Assembly (NCBI RefSeq): GCF_024521635.1
Contig: NW_026250404.1
Coordinates: forward strand, 2,232,001 to 2,296,000
DNA: 64,000 nucleotides
Direction: 5' to 3'
Origin: Tricharina praecox
Taxonomy: Eukaryota
Below the pieces are notes generated by a model. That model was not told the origin of the DNA, made no database searches, and saw nothing but the letters and a program-made list of their open reading frames with translations. The stretch's first letter is position 1, and the number at the start of each line of letters is the position of its first letter. Positions 36,554-48,992 of the stretch are shown piece by piece. A program made the position numbers and the translations under genes.

Positions 36554-39178
36554 ATGCCGACCCCCGCCCCCCTCCGCAGCGCCTTCGACACCCTCAGCCC
36601 ACCAATCCCGCTCGTCGGCCGCTCCTCCTCCGCATCACCATTCTCACCCAGCACCTCGACCAACTCCTCGACCTCGCACAACCCCAACAAAAACCTCTGC
36701 TCCATGCAGCCACCTCCTCGACCTCCTGGTCCCCCCGCCCCACGCTTCAAACCAAACGCCGCATTCGACAAGCTCCTGCACACCTCGCCCGTTCCGCGCA
36801 CGATCACGGCTGCTTACGAGTCTTCGCGTCCCCAGGCAAAGAAACCCGTCGGTGGGTATAGTGTGCTCTCCGGATTCGGTGCTGGGTCTACGACGACTGC
36901 GCTGCCGAGGCCGGTTCCGATACTACAGAGACATGTGCTGCTGCCGCCGAAGGTAGAGGAGAAGGGACGGGAGATGGTGAGGAAGACGTTTGTTGGCGAG
37001 CCGGCGGCTGCTCAATTGGAGAGGGAGACGGAGGAAGGAGAAGCTAGAGCTACTGCAAAACGTGCTCGTGAGGAAGAACCCATCACCGCTGCGCCCGAGA
37101 TGAAGAAGGTCGTGACAGAGAAGCTACCATCCGCTAAGAAGAGAAAGTCGCTTCTTGGGCAAGCAATGGAGCAGCATGAGAAATTGTCGTTGCCCGAGTC
37201 GTCGTCAATGGATATCGACGTGCCTCTGTCAGCAGATGCAGGTGTGCATGCGCAAATGGAGGACGTCGACGCGGCTCAACAGGAAATCCAATCAGCTCCG
37301 CCGCCAGAGAAGCGGAGAAAGACGAATGCCAACACAGCGCCGGCGGAGACTCCGAAAATCACTTCAAGAGCACCCTACCTGTCAAGAGCTACAGGATCGA
37401 GCACCACGAGAACCCCATCTGCGAGATCTGCGAGACCGACCCAAGCTACGGAAGAGACTCCTGCTACCAGGTCCGCGAAGCAAGCATCAACTACATACGA
37501 CACTCCAACGATGGGGACTGCACTGCCCGAAACACGATCATCTTCTCGACTCAAGTCGAGCTCAAGGTCCTCCCCGGTTACCACAATGAAATCTCCAGCT
37601 TCAAACTCGAAGATCCCAACGTCCACCTCGAAGACCTCCACTCAGAAGAAGCCTCCACCACCGGAGCCCGCTACATCTTCCCGGAAGAGAAACCGGGGTG
37701 AAGAGACCCTCGATGAAACAGATATCTACAACTTTGTCGATGTCGAACCCGTGTCTCCTCCGCAAAAGAAGTCGCTTCCAGTTCCCGTCACGTCCCCACG
37801 TACCACTAGGAAGACGAGGGGTGCGCCAGAGATTCCGGAAACTCCTGCCATTGCTCCCATCGCTTCTGCCGTGAAGAGCTCGACGGCCCAGAAGAAGACT
37901 CCGGCCGAGCCACGTTTGACGAAGAGTGTCAACCATGACACTCCAGTTCCTACTGCTACTAAAATCAAAGCTGCAACTTCGCGGAAGACATTGCTACCAC
38001 CGGGTAGCCCATCGTCGCTTCGTAAAGCCGGTAGGGCGGTCATCGAGACATCGGAGGCTTCGGAGGTTGAAGAGACGCCAAATTTGAAGAAGACCAGCTC
38101 CTATTCTCGTCGAATAAAGAACAAAACGGTCGAGGAGGATGAAATGCATCCAGATATCCTGGAGCCAGTAGTTTCCAAGACTCCGACTCCCAAGAAATCA
38201 CTTCCACGACGCACCAATTCGTCTCGCCGCACAGCCGTGGACAAGAACCAAGAGATACCTGAGACCCCGGGATCTCCTGGGCTGCCAGCTACCAAAACTG
38301 CAGCCACGAGGAGGTCTCCGCCACTGCCGACCACTACCTCGCCCCGGCGTAGAAAGCTCAAAGCCGTCGCCGTCGTGGGAGGGGATGAGGTGCAAGGGAC
38401 ACCCCAAAGAATAGCATCACCGGAACTACTACCTCCTCCCTCCACGATGACACCTGCTGCCAGGAAAGCGATATTACAGCGCACCACCTCCACTCGGCGT
38501 AAAGTCACCAAGGTCGAAGTTGACGCTGCCACCCCGGCCACCAGCAAACCAGCACGTCAAACCCGCTCTTCCGGCGGCAAGAAAACTGCTGTCGCTGTTG
38601 CTGAAGATGAAATCCCAGAAACTCCGGCAGCCAACACCACCACCCCCACCACCTCCAAGATCCCCACCTCCCGCTCCAGCAAGAAGACTACCGCCACCAG
38701 CAGTACGAAGCCAACAGTCGTCATCCAAAGCCCCATCCCCGCGACTGCAACTTCAACTACAACTCCCGCCGCAGGCCGTCCCCGCCGCAGCCTGGTCCTC
38801 TCGCCGCTTTCGCATCCTCCGCCGGCCGAAACCCCCCCACCCCCACCCCCACCCCCAAAAGAGAAGTCGACTAAATCTCGTATCCCGCGCAGGTCGACGG
38901 GTAGTTGGGAGGGTAAGGACGGGCTGTACAATATTCCGAGCGAGATATTGGCGTCGCATGGAAGCGTGTGGGACGGCAAGAGTGGGCGCAGGGTCAGCGG
39001 TCGGACTAACGCCATTGCCCCAAACATTGCGCCGAATGTCGTGGAGGAGCCGGTGAAGAGTGTGCAGAAGAAGACGGGGGAGAAGATGGAGACCAAGAAG
39101 GAGACCAAGACGGAGACTAAGGCGAAGGCGAAGACTAAGAAGGTGGTTAGTTATGAGTTTTCGGATGAGGAGGAGTAA
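36554..39178 (+). CDS. Hypothetical 874-aa intrinsically disordered S/T/P/K-rich protein with repeated (E)IPETP motifs
   Basis: Uninterrupted 2.6-kb ORF with many S/T-P sites and basic NLS-like clusters, ending KKVVSYEFSDEEE. Confidence 0.75.
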   Translation: MPTPAPLRSAFDTLSPPIPLVGRSSSASPFSPSTSTNSSTSHNPNKNLCSMQPPPRPPGPPAPRFKPNAAFDKLLHTSPVPRTITAAYESSRPQAKKPVGGYSVLSGFGAGSTTTALPRPVPILQRHVLLPPKVEEKGREMVRKTFVGEPAAAQLERETEEGEARATAKRAREEEPITAAPEMKKVVTEKLPSAKKRKSLLGQAMEQHEKLSLPESSSMDIDVPLSADAGVHAQMEDVDAAQQEIQSAPPPEKRRKTNANTAPAETPKITSRAPYLSRATGSSTTRTPSARSARPTQATEETPATRSAKQASTTYDTPTMGTALPETRSSSRLKSSSRSSPVTTMKSPASNSKIPTSTSKTSTQKKPPPPEPATSSRKRNRGEETLDETDIYNFVDVEPVSPPQKKSLPVPVTSPRTTRKTRGAPEIPETPAIAPIASAVKSSTAQKKTPAEPRLTKSVNHDTPVPTATKIKAATSRKTLLPPGSPSSLRKAGRAVIETSEASEVEETPNLKKTSSYSRRIKNKTVEEDEMHPDILEPVVSKTPTPKKSLPRRTNSSRRTAVDKNQEIPETPGSPGLPATKTAATRRSPPLPTTTSPRRRKLKAVAVVGGDEVQGTPQRIASPELLPPPSTMTPAARKAILQRTTSTRRKVTKVEVDAATPATSKPARQTRSSGGKKTAVAVAEDEIPETPAANTTTPTTSKIPTSRSSKKTTATSSTKPTVVIQSPIPATATSTTTPAAGRPRRSLVLSPLSHPPPAETPPPPPPPPKEKSTKSRIPRRSTGSWEGKDGLYNIPSEILASHGSVWDGKSGRRVSGRTNAIAPNIAPNVVEEPVKSVQKKTGEKMETKKETKTETKAKAKTKKVVSYEFSDEEE

Positions 39179-39303
39179 TGTGCGATTACTCTGCGGGATA
39201 GTGTGTGAGAGACACACAGAAAGAGAGAGCGCGCGCGCTGATTTCTGCTTGCATTTTGTCGATGATCAGGACAGGATGGGGTTTACCTTTCCATCCCACT
39301 TTA

Positions 39304-39429
39304 CTTTTCTTTTCTTTTCTTTTCTTTTCTTTTCTTTTCTTTTCTTTTCTTTTCTTTTCTTTTCTTTTCTTTTCTTTTCTTTTCTTTTCTTTTCTTTTCT
39401 TTTCTTTTCTTTTCTTTTCTTTTCTTTTC
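39304..39429. repeat. (TTTTC)n microsatellite, ~25 units
   Basis: Seen directly. Confidence 0.98.
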
Positions 39430-39464
39430 ACTTGAGCACTTTACTTTCTGCGTTTCTTCTGCGT

Positions 39465-39531
39465 TTACTTGTCTTTTACTTGTCTTTTACTTGTCTTTTA
39501 CTTGTCTTTTACTTGTCTTTTACTTGTCTTT
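39465..39531. repeat. 11-bp tandem repeat (CTTGTCTTTTA) x~6
   Basis: Seen directly. Confidence 0.9.
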
Positions 39532-40073
39532 TCTCTAATTGCTTGGGTTCGATACGCAGCCATGCAAGCAAGCGGGATTCGGTTCGGGAGTACCTTTAGT
39601 ACAGTACAGTGCGATTCGTTTGAGACTCGGGAGAACTACTGGGAGACTGGGCGCACAAATGTTGTTATTTAGCGGGCTGCTTTACTTACGAGAATTTACA
39701 CTGGTGGATGCAGAAGTATCTTAAGCCTTGAGGTGTTCCGTACTTGGTGACTGTGACATCGGCAATCGTACGGTATGCTGTGGCGGGCGGGCAGTAAGGT
39801 ACCGGCTTTTGGTTCATCATACCATAGGTGTAGGTATCAGGCTTGGTGATGGAGTTGAAAACTCATACGATGATGAATTTAGTTACGTGCACAATGGCAT
39901 CGACACCACCACCGCTGTGCGTCACTTTACTGGACGAAGAAGAAAAAAATGTTGTGATGGAATTGTTGCTTGCTCGTCACTCGATACATGAATGATATGC
40001 TATGAACACAGAACCTGAGCGACCTTACGATGAAAGTGATAGTAATAGTACGGTGAAACCAAGCCCCTTCTAC

Positions 40074-40081
40074 TATATAAA
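40074..40081 (+). promoter_or_regulatory. TATA-like box (TATATAAA) ~200 bp upstream of the hairpin array
   Basis: TATATAAA at 40074-40081 with no convincing downstream protein ORF. Confidence 0.4.
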
Positions 40082-40273
40082 CGTCGGCAGTGATCCTCGT
40101 TCTCGTCCTCGTGATTGAAATCGATACTGTCTCGTGCGCGGTGTTCTTTGTTTCGGCATTGCTCCCCTACAACCACCAAACACCCTCGATATTTTCCTGC
40201 ACTTAGTACGGCAAGCTCGACGTCCTGCCGTTAGCTGTTGGTGCTGAGGAACCAGACCCACCACTAACTACCA

Positions 40274-41471
40274 CTCTGTGAGGGTCGAGTGATATCTACT
40301 ATAAGCAGCGGTTGTGAGCGAACAGCCGGGGATGGGGGTAAATCGACGGGGTGGCCGTTACTTACATTCAGATCACTCGTCGCTCATAGGGTACCGCGGA
40401 GACCACAATTTCAAGTTCAGAGTACCTAACGGCTCATCCAGACATGAGCATCATCCACAGAGACGATAGGTACGCAGCCTCGTACATACATCCATCCAAG
40501 ACCCCCTTCTACTCAGTACAATCGCCGGGGTGATTAAGACCCCCTCTGCGAGGGACAAGTGACATCTACATAGAGTAAAACTCGACTGTGAGCTTGAGCA
40601 GAGTGCGAATTGGGCTGTAATGGCGTTACCTACAGATCACTCGTCGCGCATTCCGCAGAGACCGCAGGTTGAAACTCAAACTTCAAACTCCAAGTCTCCA
40701 AGCCAGGGCTGTCTTTGTACTATACATTTGAGAATATACAAAGAAACCACGCAGTCTCGAGATCGATCCCACCACACAACTATACTGTGGCTCCCCCAGC
40801 ACGCTGCTCCCAACTCCGGCGTTTCTTGATGCTCGTTATCGCCGAGGAGCCCGGAGCCAGTCCAGTCCACCACTCCTCCTCTGCGAGGGACAAGTGACGT
40901 CTAGAGTAAAACTCGACTGTAAGCTTGAGCGGAGGTGCGAATTGGGCGAGAAGGGCGTTACCTACAGATCACTCGTCGCACATTCCGCAGAGACCGCAAG
41001 TTCAAACTTTAAACTTTCAGTCTCCCAACCAGGGCCTCGTTAACTATCGCCGAGGAGCCTGGAGCCAGACGAGTCCAGTCCACAACTCCTCCTCTGCGAG
41101 GGACAAGTCTGGGTTTCGGGGGGGAAACTTCAGACTCGTCGCTCGTTCCGCAGAGACCGCAACTGCCACTGTAGACTCCCCTATATACGAAGTCCGCAGC
41201 TCCAGAAACTGTCTGTCTGCGAGCGAGGGAGGGACAAGGACACGGTAGGTCACTCGTCGCTCGTTCCGCAGAGATTGTTTCTGCGATCACCACAAAAAAT
41301 TTGAGAACTGCAACGGAATACCTGGTTAAAGGTATGGTAAGGTCAAGAGCTGCCATGGCAAGCACTGATCAAATGCAGAAATAAAAAACCCATCAGAACT
41401 GTTGAGCCCAGTCTGACGCACTCTGCAAGGGACAGGTGACACGAGAATCACCCGTCGCTCGTGCTGCAGAG
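40274..41471 (+). ncRNA. Array of six homologous stem-loops; candidate polycistronic microRNA-like / structured RNA
   Basis: Units 40274-40401, 40544-40660, 40879-40992, 41092-41155, 41215-41273 and 41421-41471. 5' arm ~CTCTGCGAGGGACAAGTGA pairs with 3' arm ~TCACTCGTCGCTCGTTCCGCAGAG, with compensatory changes between units. The repeat is certain; RNA status and strand are inferred. Confidence 0.55.
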
Positions 41472-42375
41472 ACCGCAATCTTTTCTCTATTTTCTCGAGG
41501 ATTATTTTCTCCCCCAAAAAAAAATCAAAAAAGACTCCGGTCGGTTAAAATCGAGCAAAAAAACTGCAAGTACTGGAGTAAAACGCCGAAAACGCCGAAA
41601 AGAACTCCAAACAGTGCAAGATCACCAACGCTATGTCATATTTCATTCGTAAAATAAAATAATAAACCCGCCCGAATCGCAATCCCAAGACCCCAAGAAG
41701 CAACGTCTTCATCTACCGTACTCTAGCGACTGATCGCCGCAGTAGGCACGTCAGAAGGTCAAGTCCGACCACCAACACCAACAGCACGGTAATCTCAATC
41801 GCAATCGCAATCGATAAACGAAGCGCGCGTTCACGCCGCACCATCACCGAATCAGCAAAGCATGAGCACGCGTAATCTATGTACCTGTCTGTCTTCACGC
41901 GACGCGTCGAGAAAACCCCAATGGGCATGTGTGCCGTGGTATAAAGGGCGCCTTTTTAGTAATTTATCCGATACCGACAGTATAGCGAGCGGTAGACAAA
42001 ATAATAAAGAAAAACTCCCTCAAATTCGAACCCAGCAATCCGTTATAGTACAATGAAGGAAGAACGACGTTGACCCCGTGAACAAAAAAAAAACAAAAAA
42101 AAGAGCAGGAAACCGTGAAGAAACCGGAAAAGGAACAAAAACCGCAAAAAGGTAAAGGTAAAAGAAAGGTTTTAGTTCGTTGGACACGCACACAAAAATC
42201 ATGAATGAATGCACAGCAAAACAGAAACCTCCATCCAAGACCCGAAAACATTAAAACTTTGCAGCCCAACACAACCTACTTCGTTCATTTCCCAAATCAA
42301 TACGCGATCAAACGCGTATAGAAATGTGAGAACAAAAGGCGAAAGTGCCGTACATCAGAGCGGAAAGTTGATCGT

Positions 42376-43057
<682 letters not shown>

Positions 43058-44081
43058 TTTGGTGGTGAGGATTGGGGATTGAAAGTGGGTGGTTTGCGGA
43101 GGTATTGAGGTTGGATGTGGTTGTGGTGGTGGTTGATGTGGTGGAGTGGATGGCAGAAGTTTGTGGTAGTGGAGGTGGGAGAGAAAGGGCGACGTGGGAG
43201 ACCAGTCCCTCTTATAGTGTCAACGGGCTCGGAGTCGCATCACGCAGCGCGATTGTGCGTGCTGGGAAGTGCGCAGCGTACTAGGGAGTACGCCAGCCAA
43301 GCGTCGCGGGTTTGCTGGTAGGGTTTTCTTTCGGAATTTACGTGCATTTGCCGTATTGGGGTGGTGCGGCTGGGATTCGGGGGAGGGGGCTGATAAAACA
43401 TCCGGGGTGGGTTAGCTGGGGCTGGTCGCAACGCGTTGTTGTTGTTCTCTGCTCTTCCATCCCTACAACCTCCCTCTAACTGCTCTAGCAGCCGCCATTC
43501 CCAGCCTCTTGTTGTACGCTGCTACTCCAAGTACGAACCCGCTACTCTGCTCGACGCTACACGGATCCACCGTTCCTCGCAGCAGCAAGACCTGTCGTGA
43601 TGTTGGCCATCTGTCCCTTACGCGTCGCCGCTGGGAGACCAGAGGAGTCGGGCGTGCGGCGTGCTGTCTGCTGCGTGCTGCGTATTCGCTCTGAGCCGAC
43701 GACGACGCGTGATTGCAGATGGCCAGACTGGTGGCAGCGCCTTCCTCTCGGATTCTCTGCCACTAATGGGCCTGCTAGCTGCTGCTCGGCTAGTCGTGAA
43801 AATCAAAGTGTTTTCTGTTCAACACCAGTAACCCCTAACCCTGGCTGCTGCCCCCAACGCCCTGAAAAGAAGCCAAGCCTGTTGATGCGAAGTCGCGTTC
43901 GTTACCATCGCTCGTATAAAGACCAAGCTGCTCCCACCACCCGACGCTGTTCTACCTTCTCCTCCTCTTCATCTACCAACAACCCGTCCAAACCACCACC
44001 ACCACTCTCAACCACCACAAACTCGACCCTCGCACCCCCTCACCTCTCCCACTTTTTCAACCCCCCAAACCAAATCAAACA
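43058..44081. promoter_or_regulatory. Bidirectional H2B/H2A promoter with MCB-like and AACCCT elements
   Basis: ACGCGT at 43431, 43620 and 43705; AGGGTT at 43320; CCTAACCCT at 43834-43842; TATA-like sequence near 43212 and 43915. Confidence 0.6.
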
Positions 44082-44724
44082 ATGTCTTCCGGAGGAAAGG
44101 GTGGAAAGGCTGCCAGCGGAAAGCCGTCGCAGAGGTTAGTTTGCAACTTGATTCCCCTCGTCTGTCGGTCGCGATCGAGATCCATCACCCACATCCATCA
44201 AACAATCGACTCGAATCCTGTTTTCGACTTTTGAATTTCGACTTCTTTGGTCGCATGTTTTCGGATCGCATGTTTTTGTGTTTGAAAATCTGTTTCTGAC
44301 TCTTTTCGATAGCCGTTCGTCCAAGGCCGGTCTCGCGTTCCCCGTCGGACGTGTCCACCGTCTGTTGAGAAAGGGCAACTACGCTCAGCGTGTCGGTGCC
44401 GGTGCGCCCGTCTACCTCGCCGCCGTCCTCGAGTACCTCGCCGCCGAGATCCTCGAGTTGGCTGGTAACGCCGCCCGTGACAACAAGAAGACCCGTATCA
44501 TTCCCCGTCACTTGCAGCTCGCCATCCGTAAGTTTTTCCGAATCGCATTTCACATCCAGGTTCACCGGATTCTGACTTCAATACCAGGCAACGATGAGGA
44601 ACTGAACAAGCTTCTCGGTCACGTCACCATCGCCCAGGGCGGTGTCCTGCCCAACATTCACCAGAACCTTCTGCCCAAGAAGTCTGGCAAGGCCGGAAAG
44701 GCCGGTGCTTCCCAAGAGTTGTAA
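44082..44724 (+). CDS. HTA1: Histone H2A (C-terminal SQEL, gamma-H2A type), three exons
   Basis: [10 protein letters not shown]..., [34 protein letters not shown]..., ASQEL*. Confidence 0.98.
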
Positions 44725-47463
44725 GAAAAAGGAAAAAAGTCGACAGCTGCTCAATCTTGTGGCCTCATGGCGTGTTTCGGGGCAAATGGGGTTCGAATTT
44801 GATGGTTGCTCTTTTTTCTCGCGCTTTTGTTTCTTTCGGGTTTCCTTTTAACGCAGCAACTTGGGTGATCGCGGTTTCGGTAATTTTGTTTCCGGATTGG
44901 TGACGAATTAAATGCGGTTTTCTCTTGGTCGGGGTTTCGGTTCGTTTCTGTTTGTTTTTTTGTTCTCTTCCTTTTCTTTCTTAAATGTTCTTTTTTTCTT
45001 CTTTCTGCATCATGTACAATAACTTCCCGGAGTCAGAATTTTCGCTGCCTGTTTGACAATGAGAAGTTGTCATCACCTTTTGATTGACTTGGCTTGGCTT
45101 AACTTTTTCCCCGCGGATGCGATGTGATGCGTGTCCTTGTCGTTGACGTCGAGCGCGTCTTGCACGCGACTCCCACGTGTCTGTCTAATCCCATTGCTTG
45201 TCGCATAAACGGCGTCTGCTTGTTTGCTTGCCTTACCGCCCGTTTGTCGTTTGTGGTCTGCGGAAGCGATCCTGTGGTGGGGTGGTGAACAAAACCCCCT
45301 TGCGTCGCGCCCACGGTCAAGTCATTTCTTTCAACTTCTTCAGGAAATTTGGTGATCGCGAGTGCATACAAATTTGTGTGCGAAAAGTCATTGATAACTT
45401 TGTGGATCAAGTGTTAGAATCCGAAACGTTGAAAGAGGCCTGAAGCTGGGGAAAGCGAGTGATTTGTCGTGTTGTGTTGTGCGGCCAGATGACTGCGAAT
45501 TTGGAGATCCTATCTTTGGGAATGAGGGATAAGGCCGCGCACGATAGCAGTAATCTAGACGATCAGTTTAATGAGGCGTTTAGGGGTTGAGTTCACTGAA
45601 GATATCAAGACTGCTCTCATTCATACAAATATCAGGGTTTAGTAGACATCACCAAGTCAGAACTCTGTTCTGGTTCAGATGCTGGAAGTCTACGACCCGC
45701 GCGGCTAGGATATGAAACGCTCTACAGACAAGACCAGGAAGTTGAAACAAGCCTTGTGGGGTATTATGGGATATCGGTATGCTTTGTCCCTGGGAGTGGG
45801 GACGCGGGAGTGGGGATCTGCGGTTGAGAATTCGAGTGATGAGTTGTGGTTGAACGACTATCACCATGACGCCGTACTCTGCACAGTCACGGCCTGGGTA
45901 TCGGTGCCTTTTCTTGCTGAGTCTGGGTCTATCCCGGTCTTAGTATTTACTTCTGTCAGAGAATACAGTGTAAGTTCATGGCGCTTGCATTTCCTTTTTC
46001 TCGGACTGTCTCGATCAAGGTTTGTGTCTTATTTTCACGTACATACTTTTCACTGTCAACTTGTAATCACGAGGGGACTACGGTTACAAAGTTTCGGAGT
46101 GAATGACCTGGCATTCGGTACCCTAGTAACTGTCGACGGAGCTCTTCAACATGGCCAAGCATTACCAGTTACATTCGTCGGCATTACACAGGAGATTTCA
46201 TCTCCGAGCTCCAAGAACTCGAGTGATCCCACATGTGCCACGCGAGCCAACCCAGCCCCACACGTCCGGTCGATTACTCTACCTATTCGGCACCTACTCT
46301 AACTCCTCTTGAACCCCGAAGTCCGAAATCCGACCGCCCGCCCGAACCGGCACACACGCACACGCCACAGAGCGGTGTGGTGTAACGTCGCTAGCTACCC
46401 CGCAGCACTGGAAGATATCGGCACTCTGCGTGTGGTGGTGTGGGAAAGAAAGAAAAATCCCTCACGTCATATGTTGGTAAGTTGTGTGCCTATCCCCCGC
46501 CAGCTCCTTCCCTGTCCCGGCCGTTTGAGCTGCGAGAGGAAACAGCCGGATCCGTCGCGATGGATATGGATGGGCGGTGGGTGGATGGGTCCAGCCCAGC
46601 AAAGGAAAGGAACCGGGTCGCTTATCGAACCCACCACCCATCCACCCACCACCCCATCCACACATCTACCTGCTGGAGGAAGTTGTGGGTGTGGTGTGGT
46701 GGTTGTGTGGTGCGAGGTGGGGGGGTGGGCGGGGCGGGGAGGGGTGGGTGCGTCATGGGATCGCACACGGGATTTTAGCGAGTGAGGAGCTGTGAGGATG
46801 TGATCTCAGGGTGGGGGATTTTGAGGCGTTGGGACGCGGTGGGAGGGTGGGGTTTTGTACACGAGTTGGTATGGATGCGAATGGGATGTTGTGGGTGTAG
46901 TTGGGTGGCCTGCGCTTGGGTTGAGTATTGGTGTTGCGTTTGAGGGGTGAGATGTGGATCATGTCATTGAATGGATGGTTGAGTTCTGGAGAAAGTCACT
47001 GTGGTTGACAAGATTACGTTGGGAAGCCGAGAAATGGCCGGCCATAGCCCCGGGAGCTGGCATTGTACGTCCTGCATATACTCGAGTCTTATACGTTCCA
47101 CAACTCGCTGTAAACGGCGATTTCTTCCCAATTCGTGAAAACGAGTGCATCCTCATGAATACGTAGCGCGAGACTCTAGTAGGAATCTATGGAAAATACA
47201 TAAATTTGCCCCAAAAGCGTAGCAGTTTACTTTTCTCAATGATGCAGTAGCCATTCAATGAGATCTTTACAGAAAAGTGGGAGTTTTCCAATGGTGCACT
47301 CTGATTGGCCGACGCGAATGTGAGCAGTGCACCTCACGTCGCGTCATCCCTCCATCTTTCTCGAAACCTATCATTGCCTGCAAGGAACGTTGCCGGCGAA
47401 TTCAGCACCGCAACCACAACGCCCCAAAACCCGCACGAAAAAAGCGACAAGCAAGCTCTCAAG

Positions 47464-48992
47464 ATGGGTATTAAAGGTACAGTACACTCCCCCCCCCGTT
47501 TCCTCTCCTATTCGGGGTCTCTCCTAACGCAATGTCTCCCCCGTAACCCGCAGGCCTCTTCCAGATCATCTCGGACAACGCTCCAAATGCCGTCCGCAAC
47601 AGCGACATCAAGCAGCACTTCGGCCGCAAGGTCGCCATCGACGCGTCCATGAGCATCTACCAATTCCTGATCGCTGTGCGCTCAGAGGGCCAGCAACTCA
47701 TGTCCGACAGTGGCGAGACTACCTCGCACCTCATGGGCATGTTCTATCGCACGCTCCGCATGGTCGACAATGGCATAAAGTGAGTTGTTCCTTGGGTAAT
47801 CGGGAAGGGGGCTGGGCGGGCTGATCGGTGTGTGTGTGTGTGGGAAAAAGGCCGCTGTATGTCTTCGATGGAAAGCCGCCGATGCTGAAGTCGGGGGAGC
47901 TGGCGAAGCGTGTGGCTCGGAAGGCGCAGGCCGAGGCCGGGTTCGCGGAGGCGAAGGAGTCCGGCAATGCCGAGGAAATGGAGAAGTACGCGAGACGCAC
48001 GGTTAGGGTGACCAGGGAGCAGAACGACGACTGTAAGATGCTGCTCAAGCTCATGGGCATTCCGTATGTCGAGGCGCCGTGTGAGGCTGAGGCTCAATGC
48101 GCCACGCTTGCGAGAGAGGGTTCGGTGAGTGGCCGACAGAGCGGGGGGCGGTGGGGTAGGCGCTGGTTGGCTGACGTGCGTAGGTCTTCGCTGCGGCTTC
48201 CGAGGATATGGACACGCTCTGCTTCAGGTCTCCGATTTTGTTGAGACATCTCACGTTCAGCGAGCAGAGGAAGGAACCCATCCAGGAGATCCATCTGGAC
48301 AAAGCTCTCGCCGGATTGGAGTTCACATACGACCAGGTACATACACATACATATGCCCCCGCATGGAGCGAAATCAACACGTCACGGAAGAGGAGAGCTA
48401 GACTAACATGCATCGCCAGTTCATCGACATGTGTATTCTCCTCGGCTGCGACTACTGCGACACGATCCCGAAAATCGGGCCTACAACGGCGCTGAAGATG
48501 ATACGTGAACACAAGTCGCTCGAGAAAGTCATTGAGAACCTGGGCGAGAAATACACCGTCCCCGAGAACTGGCCGTATCTCGATGCGCGTGCGCTCTTCC
48601 ACAAACCTTCCGTGACCGATCCGAAAGATCTCGACTACAAGTGGGAGGCTCCGGATATCGAGGCTCTAGTCAAGTTCTTGGTCGTAGATAAGGGCTTCAA
48701 CGAGGACCGTGTTAGGAGCGGTGCTGCAAGATTGACGAAGGGCTTGAAGACATCGACCCAGGGTGAGCAATAGTCCCACCACTCGCCGCTTTCTGTGCAA
48801 TGCTGACACGCGGGGTTCCACAAAGCTCGTCTCGGCGACTTCTTCAAACCGATCCCCAAGACTGCGGAGGAATTGGAGGCCTTGAAGAAAAAGAACGAAA
48901 CAAAGGCAGCCGAGAAAAAGAGAAAGGCCAAGTCCACAGCCGAGACGAAGAAGGGCGGTGGTGGCAAGAAACCGAAGTTGGGTGGTGCGTAG
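47464..48992 (+). CDS. FEN1: Flap endonuclease 1 (Rad27), multi-exon
   Basis: [61 protein letters not shown] box QARLGDFF, basic tail. Confidence 0.97.

Noticed and set aside
39060..39599. Phe-rich and Lys/Arg-rich ORFs
   Set aside because: Translations of the (TTTTC)n repeat.
40274..41471. CRISPR-array or MITE-cluster reading of the hairpin array
   Set aside because: The context is eukaryotic with no cas genes. Spacing is irregular and the spacers are partly homologous. The arms are imperfect with recurring bulges, and no target-site duplications are visible.
43829..43843. Telomeric repeat
   Set aside because: Only about 1.5 units; better explained as a promoter AACCCT/telobox element.
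45712..46302. 196-aa ORF between H2A and FEN1
   Set aside because: No homology cues and no coding-like composition.
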